Shown in pieces: positions 58,206-64,000 of a stretch of 64,000 bases of DNA (position 1 is the first letter of the stretch; every line of letters starts with the position of its first letter). Both the position numbers and the translations under genes were made by a program. The notes below the pieces were generated by a model. It was given only the letters and a program-made list of their open reading frames with translations. It did no database searches and was not told the origin of the DNA. The stretch lies in the NCBI GenBank assembly GCA_038260095.1, contig JBBSOC010000004.1, positions 3,341 to 67,340 of the forward strand, read 5' to 3'. This stretch comes from Mycobacteriales bacterium. Its GTDB lineage: Bacteria; Actinomycetota; Actinomycetes; Mycobacteriales; QHCE01.

Positions 58206-58359
58206 GTAGCGTAGGCTACGGCCTATTGCAGTACTCGCCAGAACGTGGGGGTTTGGGTTTTCGCCAGTTTGTGGATGTCTACGGAAAGAGATGTAGGTGT
58301 TTAACCGAGCTACCGGCGCATGCCAGCACCCTCGCCGGTATGCGGCTGCGCGCGGCATC

Positions 58360-59166
58360 ATGAACGCGCTGTTTGCAATTTCGGTGCTTACACTCGTTCT
58401 GGTAGTCCCCGCGGCCAGCCGCTCGGCATCCGCCACACAAGCCCAGTACCCAGCCTCGGTGACGATGAATTTCGATGGCGCGGTGAACCTTCTCGGATTG
58501 CTCAGCAGTCTCACCGTTTCACCGAATGAGGTCAGCGTTCGCGCAGCTGGGTCTGTGCGGTTCGTTAATAACAGCTCCGTAGACCTCGCGCTTTCGGTGG
58601 CGGGGCGGTCTACGTCGCTGTCCGCGGGTGCTGCTCGTAGTTTTGGCTTTCCCGGAGCCAACAGTGCCCAGCGAATCACGGTCTCGGTGACGCCGATTAA
58701 CGGTGCTGTGGTGGGTAGCGCGCCGCGCGGTAGCGGCACTGTCCTTGTGGCGGCAACCTCCTCCTTACAGCCTACGACTGATACGGAAGGCGATGGGCAG
58801 CCCACTGGGTCCGCCCCCGTCGAGTTGGATACATCCACCGTGACAAAGGCGGCGCAGGCGCAACCCACTAGGGCGCCTAGTGCCACAACCGGCCCGAGTG
58901 CTCAGCTCGGTGGCCCTGATGGCTTGGGCTCGCAAAGGCCGGGTAAGGCTCCGGTTCCTGCGGCGCTGGGTACTTCCCAACAGTCCAGCCACGCTACTAC
59001 GAGAAACCGGCATTCTGCTCCCGAACAGGTCAGCACAGTCTCTGCTCTAACCCAGAACAGGCAGGTAGGTTTGCTGATTCTGATCGCAGGAGTACTCCTA
59101 GCCGGCGTTACCAGCGCGGTGATTCGCGTGATCTTCGCGCGTCGGGATCCGTCGGTTCGTGCGTAA
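58360..59166 (+). CDS. hypothetical exported protein with a C-terminal membrane anchor
   Basis: From ATG 58360 there is a signal peptide (MNALFAISVLTLVLVVPAASRSASA), a ~110-aa beta-rich domain, a Ser/Thr/Pro/Gln-rich linker, and a C-terminal TM helix with a basic tail. Confidence 0.6.
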   Translation: MNALFAISVLTLVLVVPAASRSASATQAQYPASVTMNFDGAVNLLGLLSSLTVSPNEVSVRAAGSVRFVNNSSVDLALSVAGRSTSLSAGAARSFGFPGANSAQRITVSVTPINGAVVGSAPRGSGTVLVAATSSLQPTTDTEGDGQPTGSAPVELDTSTVTKAAQAQPTRAPSATTGPSAQLGGPDGLGSQRPGKAPVPAALGTSQQSSHATTRNRHSAPEQVSTVSALTQNRQVGLLILIAGVLLAGVTSAVIRVIFARRDPSVRA

Positions 59167-59345
59167 CGCGGCATACTAGGCCGGTCGCTCCGCCTGTCAG
59201 CGCAGCTACGCCGTGCTGTTAAGCTGCTCTACGTATTTCTTATAGAGAAGTATCTCTTATAGAGAACGCGATACATACGTCGCTCGGCGGCGGCCCTCTT
59301 GTCACGGATCTTCCGTGACCGCATTAGTCCATGGGAGGTGGGGTT

Positions 59346-59642
59346 GTGTCTTTACGTCATTATGAGGTCATGGTGATCCTCGATCCAGAGTTGGAATCGA
59401 ACACCATCGAGCCCTCACTCAAGAGCTTTCTTACTGTGATCGACGATTCCGGCGGTGCTGTGGACAGCATCGACATCTGGGGACGGCGTCGGCTGGCTTA
59501 CGAGATCAGTAAAAAATACGAAGGCATCTACGCAGTGATGCAGTTAAAAGCAGAGCCGGCGGCGGTGAGCGAGCTAGATCGTCAGCTGAAGCTCAACGAG
59601 TCGGTCCTGCGCACCAAGGTCATCCGTCCCGACCAGCGGTAA
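59346..59642 (+). CDS. rpsF: 30S ribosomal protein S6
   Basis: [15 protein letters not shown]... I prefer GTG 59346 (GGAGG 7 nt upstream) to the track ATG 59331. Confidence 0.93.
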   Translation: MSLRHYEVMVILDPELESNTIEPSLKSFLTVIDDSGGAVDSIDIWGRRRLAYEISKKYEGIYAVMQLKAEPAAVSELDRQLKLNESVLRTKVIRPDQR

Positions 59643-59667
59643 ACAGTGAGATAGACAGGGAGCGTCC

Positions 59668-60147
59668 ATGGCAGGCGACACAGGTATCACCCTGGTAGGC
59701 AATCTCGTAGACGACCCAGAGCTTCGCTTTACTACCAGCGGAGCCGCGGTGGCAAAATTCCGAATTGCTTCCACCCCCCGAACGTTCGACCGGCAAGCCA
59801 ATGAGTGGAAAGACGGCGAAGCGCTGTTTCTTACCTGCAACATTTGGCGCCAGGCGGCCGAGAACGTGGCGGAGTCGCTACAACGCGGCGCTCGAGTTAT
59901 TGTGCATGGTCGGCTGAAACAGCGATCCTATGAGACCCGTGAGGGCGAAAAGCGCACAGTATATGAAGTCGAGGTCGACGAAGTTGGCCCTTCGTTGCGT
60001 AACGCAACTGCAAAAATCAACAAGACCAGTCGCAGTGGTGGCAGTTTCGGTGGAGGCTCGACCGGGGGAGATGACCCTTGGGCGTCAGCCACCCCGTCCC
60101 CCAATGGCGACGGCGCCCCCGCGGCCTCCGATGAGCCGCCTTTTTAA
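59668..60147 (+). CDS. ssb: single-stranded DNA-binding protein
   Basis: 159 aa with an OB fold ([16 protein letters not shown]), a Gly-rich tail and an acidic tip ending DEPPF. Confidence 0.95.
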   Translation: MAGDTGITLVGNLVDDPELRFTTSGAAVAKFRIASTPRTFDRQANEWKDGEALFLTCNIWRQAAENVAESLQRGARVIVHGRLKQRSYETREGEKRTVYEVEVDEVGPSLRNATAKINKTSRSGGSFGGGSTGGDDPWASATPSPNGDGAPAASDEPPF

Positions 60148-60211
60148 GGACTAGCACTACAGCTTTTACAACTGATACACAGCAACGCCCTATTACAGAA
60201 GCGAGTTTGAC

Positions 60212-60466
60212 GTGAGTGCGAAGACAGCTCCGAAGACTGAGAAGCGCAAGCCGATCAAGAAGAAAGCCAACCCGTTGGATGCGGCTGAAATTTCCTATAT
60301 CGACTGGAAAGACACCAACCTGCTGCGTAAGTTCATCTCCGACCGGGGCAAGATCCGTGCCCGTAGGGTCACCGGGGTGAGTAATCAACAGCAGCGTCAG
60401 ATTGCTACAGCGATCAAAAACGCGCGTGAGATGGCTCTACTGGCATACACGAACGTGCCCCGTTAG
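60212..60466 (+). CDS. rpsR: 30S ribosomal protein S18
   Basis: 84 aa with [48 protein letters not shown]. Confidence 0.95.
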   Translation: MSAKTAPKTEKRKPIKKKANPLDAAEISYIDWKDTNLLRKFISDRGKIRARRVTGVSNQQQRQIATAIKNAREMALLAYTNVPR

Positions 60467-60568
60467 AGCGTGTGCCAAAAAGCCCCTGCCTGTGTTCTCA
60501 TCGCCTTGCCTACCTTCGTAGGCGGCGGCTCCTGCGGCCTTGGCAGATGACTTTTTGGCACACGCTCT
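60465..60568 (+). other. 104-nt long hairpin element between rpsR and rplI
   Basis: Perfect 18-bp terminal arms AGAGCGTGTGCCAAAAAG (60465-60482) and CTTTTTGGCACACGCTCT (60551-60568). They enclose a 68-nt partly self-complementary interior (CTGCC..GGCAG; GCCTAC-cttc-GTAGGC). Confidence 0.7.
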
Positions 60569-60616
60569 TAGCCGCGGTAATTTAAGAATGTGTCCGCACG
60601 AATTTGAGGAATAAAC

Positions 60617-61066
60617 GTGAAGGTCATCCTTACGCATGAAGTCACCGGCCTGGGTCTTGCTGGTGACGTGCTCGACGTCAAGGACGGTTACGGCCGCAAC
60701 TACCTGCTTCCGCAGAAGCTGGCTGCTGTGGCTAGTCAGGGCGCCGCTAAGCAGGCTGAACAGCTCAAGCGAGCTCGGCAGGCGCGAGAGATCCGGGATC
60801 TAGATGGTGCGCGTAAAGCTAGTGACCAGCTGCGCACCCTTCCGATTTTGCTACGTGTGCGTGCCGGCGAAAGTGGCCGGCTATATGGCGCCATTACTGC
60901 CAGTGATGTAGCCCAAGCAGTGCTCGCCGCCGGGGGGCCTAAGCTAGACAAGCGCCGAGTACACCTCTCCGGTTTAATTAAAAGCACTGGTCGTCACGAG
61001 GTGAGCGTCTCATTGCATCCCGAGGTAACGGCGCAATTCTCGCTGGAAGTCGCTGCAGAAAAATAG
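60617..61066 (+). CDS. rplI: 50S ribosomal protein L9
   Basis: 149 aa with MKVILTHEVTGLGLAGDVLDVKDGYGRNYLLPQKLA. Confidence 0.95.
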   Translation: MKVILTHEVTGLGLAGDVLDVKDGYGRNYLLPQKLAAVASQGAAKQAEQLKRARQAREIRDLDGARKASDQLRTLPILLRVRAGESGRLYGAITASDVAQAVLAAGGPKLDKRRVHLSGLIKSTGRHEVSVSLHPEVTAQFSLEVAAEK

Positions 61067-61253
61067 CGAAAAACTGATTATCCACAGTACGTGAATTAGG
61101 TTTACCGCTGGTCATGCTATTAGTAATATCCACGGTGCACAGGTTTTCCCCAGCTCCTACACAGTGCTATGCACCAAGCAGGAGTCTTCTCCAACCCGGT
61201 GTTCCGGACTCGTGGTAGCTGTGTCGCACCACTGAAAGTGGAAGGCGGGTTTT

Positions 61254-62639
61254 GTGACAGTCGTTGGCGAGCTGCGGCCGACGGCATCGCAGGCGCCGCC
61301 ACCGGAGTTTGATCGCACTCCTCCACAAGACGTTCCGGCCGAGCAGAGCGCTCTCGGGGGAATGCTACTGAGCAAGGACGCCATTGCCGATGTAGTGGAA
61401 GTGCTGCGGGTTGGCGACTTTTACCGGCCAGCTCACGCAACTATCTTCGACGCGATCATCGATCTGTATGGCCGTGGTGAGCCTGCTGACCCGGTCACGA
61501 TTGCTGCTGCGCTCGCTGATCGTGGCGAGCTCATGCGTGTGGGTGGCGCGCCGTACTTACACACCCTTATTTCGCAGGTTCCCACGGCCGCAAATGCCGC
61601 CTACTACGCCCGCATTGTGGCTGAACGCGCGATGCTGCGGCGATTGGTAGAAGCCGGTACTCGGATCGTCCAGCTGGGCTACGGTGCTGCTCGACAAGGC
61701 GGCGGTGACGTTGACGATGTGGTGGACCGCGCCCAACAAGCGGTGTACGACGTAACTGATCGCCGTACCAGCTCCGACTACACGCCGCTGGCTGATTTGC
61801 TGCAGCCCGCCATGGATGAGATTGAAACCATCGGCGCGCACGGCGGGGCGATGAGCGGCGTGCCGACGAGCTTCGCCGATCTGGATGCGTTGACCAACGG
61901 CCTGCATCCTGGCCAGCTCATCGTTGTCGCGGCCCGACCCGGCCTTGGTAAGTCCACCATGGCGCTGGATGTAGTGCGTTCCGCGACGATCAAGCACAAT
62001 CTGCCGGCAGCGATCTTCTCCTTGGAAATGAGCAAGATCGAGATCACCATGCGGTTGCTGTCGGCTGAAGCCCGTGTTCCGTTGCACCATTTACGGTCCG
62101 GTCGGCTTTCCGAAGACGAGTGGACCAAGCTGGCGCGTCGCATTGGTGAAGTGAGTGAAGCTCCGCTGTTCATCGACGATTCGCCGAACATGACCATGAT
62201 GGAAGTGCGAGCCAAAGCGCGTCGGCTCAAGCAGCGCCACGACTTACGGTTGATCGTGCTCGACTACCTTCAGCTGATGAGTTCGGCGAAGCGAGTGGAA
62301 AGCCGCCAGCAGGAGGTCGCCGAGCTCTCTCGTGGCCTGAAGCTTTTAGCTAAAGAGCTCGAGGTCCCAGTAATCGCGGTGAGTCAGCTTAACCGTGGCC
62401 CCGAGCAGCGCACCGACAAACGGCCGCAGTTATCCGACCTTCGCGAGAGCGGCAGCATTGAACAAGATAGCGATGTGGTGATTCTGCTGCACCGCGATGA
62501 CTACTACGAAAAAGAGTCCGCCCGTGCTGGCGAAGCTGATTTTATTGTGGCCAAGCACCGAAATGGCCCCACAGATGTTATTACGGTCGCGTTCCAAGGG
62601 CACTTCAGTCGGTTCGTGGACATGAGCGTGGGCGGGTAG
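61254..62639 (+). CDS. dnaB: replicative DNA helicase DnaB (no intein)
   Basis: 461 aa with PQDVPAEQSALGGMLLS, Walker A ARPGLGKSTMALD, and LRESGSIEQDSDVV. GTG start after GGAAGG. Confidence 0.96.
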   Translation: MTVVGELRPTASQAPPPEFDRTPPQDVPAEQSALGGMLLSKDAIADVVEVLRVGDFYRPAHATIFDAIIDLYGRGEPADPVTIAAALADRGELMRVGGAPYLHTLISQVPTAANAAYYARIVAERAMLRRLVEAGTRIVQLGYGAARQGGGDVDDVVDRAQQAVYDVTDRRTSSDYTPLADLLQPAMDEIETIGAHGGAMSGVPTSFADLDALTNGLHPGQLIVVAARPGLGKSTMALDVVRSATIKHNLPAAIFSLEMSKIEITMRLLSAEARVPLHHLRSGRLSEDEWTKLARRIGEVSEAPLFIDDSPNMTMMEVRAKARRLKQRHDLRLIVLDYLQLMSSAKRVESRQQEVAELSRGLKLLAKELEVPVIAVSQLNRGPEQRTDKRPQLSDLRESGSIEQDSDVVILLHRDDYYEKESARAGEADFIVAKHRNGPTDVITVAFQGHFSRFVDMSVGG

Positions 62640-62705
62640 TTGGCCCCGCGGTAGCTCTGCGGCGAAGCAGCTCGCCAACGAGCACGCTCGCGTCAGCGAC
62701 GACAA

Positions 62706-62963
62706 TCATTGGTTGCGCTGCCTGCGCAAGTCAAATAAAGCTGCAAGTTCGTTCTCAGACAGACCGCTGTTTTCGATTGCTTGTTCAACGCCCTCGCTGA
62801 GCTGAGCGAGGGCTCGAGCAACCTCACCTTCATCGCGTTGCAGGGGAAGGTAGAACCCGATCACCCGGCCGTGTTTACTAGCGGCCACAGGAGTGGTACC
62901 GGATAGGTAGTGCGTAGCGTGATCTCGAAAATCTTGCACGCCAACGTTTTTCACCATCGTCAT
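62706..62963 (-). CDS. Phd/YefM-like type II antitoxin, apparently orphan
   Basis: 85 aa from ATG 62963 (AGGAGGGAGG upstream). VGVQDFRDHATHYLSGTTPVAASKHGRVIGFYLPL fits the Phd/YefM N-terminal pattern. Only 66 nt separate its stop from dnaB. Confidence 0.55.
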   Translation of the reverse strand: MTMVKNVGVQDFRDHATHYLSGTTPVAASKHGRVIGFYLPLQRDEGEVARALAQLSEGVEQAIENSGLSENELAALFDLRRQRNQ

Positions 62964-63232
62964 TGTGGTCACCTCCCTCCTATAGCGATAGGCGCTGTAA
63001 GACAAGAGCTATCTATGTGCTTCATTAATAGCATCTGTCCGACGTTTGGGGTATGTAATCTCTCATATGTCGGACGTTGCTCAGGAACGGCCGAAAAGCC
63101 TCTTCGGCGCAGAAGGGGCACCGTATCGGGTGAGGGTACCTACCCCTCCAAAACCACTGAACACCAAACTGGGAACTGCTGGAATCCTGGTTGTGCACGC
63201 GGGGTAGGGCACCTTATCCTGTGTAGCGCAAT

Positions 63233-63574
63233 CTACACGTTCAACGCCAAATCAGCGTCGTTGCTGACTTGAAAACTCACTGCGTGGATCATCTGATCCC
63301 AACCAGGAGTGGCCACGCCTAAACCGTGCAATGTCGATCGCACGCACGTCAGGAAAACACGAACGGCTTCTTCAGGGCTGTCGGCATCGACCACGAGATA
63401 CACGTTGAGTGTGCGATCCCCTAGCGACACTCCCACCGAGGGATCGCAGATGTCGGGTTTGTGCTGCTCAAGGTCAAGTAAACCCTCCGTGAGAGGACAA
63501 AACAGGCCATCCAACACCTCGGCTGTGCAGGGCAGATCGCAGAAATCAGCTTCAATGTAGTAGCGGTTCATCAT
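63233..63574 (-). CDS. hypothetical 113-aa protein, second gene of a coupled pair (possible HicB-like partner)
   Basis: ATG 63574 forms an ATGA overlap with the upstream gene, with AAAGAGG as RBS. Sequence MMNRYYIEADF...DADSPEEAVRVFLTCVRSTLHGLG. No DNA-binding motif recognised. Confidence 0.5.
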   Translation of the reverse strand: MMNRYYIEADFCDLPCTAEVLDGLFCPLTEGLLDLEQHKPDICDPSVGVSLGDRTLNVYLVVDADSPEEAVRVFLTCVRSTLHGLGVATPGWDQMIHAVSFQVSNDADLALNV

Positions 63575-63792
63575 CGTACCTCTTTCCAGCAGTCCTGCCG
63601 ATGGAACCATTTCAGTAGATTCAACCCATAGTTGGGACTAGATGGTGTCAAGTTTACAGACTTCCGGTGAAGACCACACGGACACCGTAGCTGGTAATAC
63701 CCTTTGCCGCGGGATATGCGCCATCCGTGGGCATGACACTCGCCCAGCATCGCCTCGAGGTCTTTCTTCGGGTGCTTCTTCCAATACCCCAC
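63571..63792 (-). CDS. HicA/YcfA-like small protein (73 aa from GTG 63792; track start 63828)
   Basis: A strong GAAGGAGG lies 7 nt upstream of the in-frame GTG. LEAMLGECHAHGWRISRGKGYYQLRCPCGLHRKSVNLTPSSP resembles the G(W/F)R..R.KG......P.G....V..TPSD pattern of HicA-like proteins, recalled from memory. Confidence 0.45.
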   Translation of the reverse strand: MGYWKKHPKKDLEAMLGECHAHGWRISRGKGYYQLRCPCGLHRKSVNLTPSSPNYGLNLLKWFHRQDCWKEVR

Positions 63793-64000
63793 ACTAAAAC
63801 CTCCTTCGTAATTATCGCGGTAGCCCAACCGCTCGTTACCGGCGTACGGCTGGGAGGCGCGGGCCGGCCCATATCTCGATCAAACACCAACTATTTCACA
63901 GGTTCTAAAGAATTTGAAAAGTTTTTCGGCGAAGGGCGTAACCAATCAAGAGCCGGTGTCGTTGTGGGTGATGAGCGCGGCCACGGCCCTGCGATTACCA

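Noticed and set aside
58206-58886. N-terminal 227 aa of the 485-aa track ORF containing nfo
   Set aside because: Endonuclease IV homology starts at MRIGAHV (ATG 58205). The upstream part is featureless and lies antisense to a plus-strand gene that has a signal peptide and a C-terminal anchor.
63946-64000. Possible 3' end of a minus-strand gene at the window edge (GNRRAVAALITHNDTGS*)
   Set aside because: Only 17 codons are visible, which is too little to support a gene call.

Overview
This window is the replication-origin neighbourhood of a moderately GC-rich actinobacterial chromosome. All calls rest on reading the translations and DNA, recognising motifs and knowing the synteny; no searches were run. 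Layout: (i) 1-14.2 kb holds argS (partial, missing from the ORF track), tRNA-Leu(CAG), the fhaA-fhaB-pstP-rodA-pbpA-pknB operon, trpG, an unlisted 51-aa ORF, a class E-type sortase, crgA, a rhomboid protease and ppiA. (ii) 14.5-24.5 kb interrupts the classical ppiA/tRNA-Ala synteny. It holds an Ala/Lys-rich membrane protein and a leucine-catabolism-like cluster (acyl-CoA dehydrogenase, carboxyltransferase, HMG-CoA lyase, biotin carboxylase without BCCP). It then holds a translationally coupled trio (unknown 437-aa protein, atypical Nudix, lipoprotein amidase), a decayed DUF4143-type ATPase remnant and two divergent orphan genes. (iii) 24.5-37.7 kb holds tRNA-Ala, an unlisted 39-aa DLW-39-like ORF, tRNA-Ile, a DUF3566 protein, gyrA, gyrB, an orphan 245-aa gene, dciA, recF, a 6PGDH-like gene, dnaN, oriC and dnaA. 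(iv) 38-43.5 kb holds rpmH-rnpA-yidD-yidC-jag-rsmG-parA-parB, with two perfect parS sites inside the 5' end of parA. (v) 43.5-62.6 kb holds cwlM, trxA, trxB, a pseudokinase, murJ, a Nudix gene, cca, another Nudix gene, ino1-padR, a DUF5318 gene, ponA, nfo, a secreted protein, rpsF-ssb-rpsR-rplI and dnaB. (vi) 62.7-64 kb holds small toxin-antitoxin-like genes. I saw no rRNA, CRISPR array, integrase or transposase. Most of the window is ordinary conserved core. The best candidates for something undescribed are: the coupled unknown/Nudix/amidase trio (20.7-23.4 kb); a 185-bp MITE-like palindromic repeat in two direct copies flanking the pseudokinase-murJ-nudix-cca block, with a possible decayed third copy at 12.5 kb; the BCCP-less carboxylase cluster; a 104-nt perfect-ended hairpin between rpsR and rplI; and a HicA-like two-gene cassette after dnaB. 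None is proven, and each needs homology or structure searches and comparative genomics.
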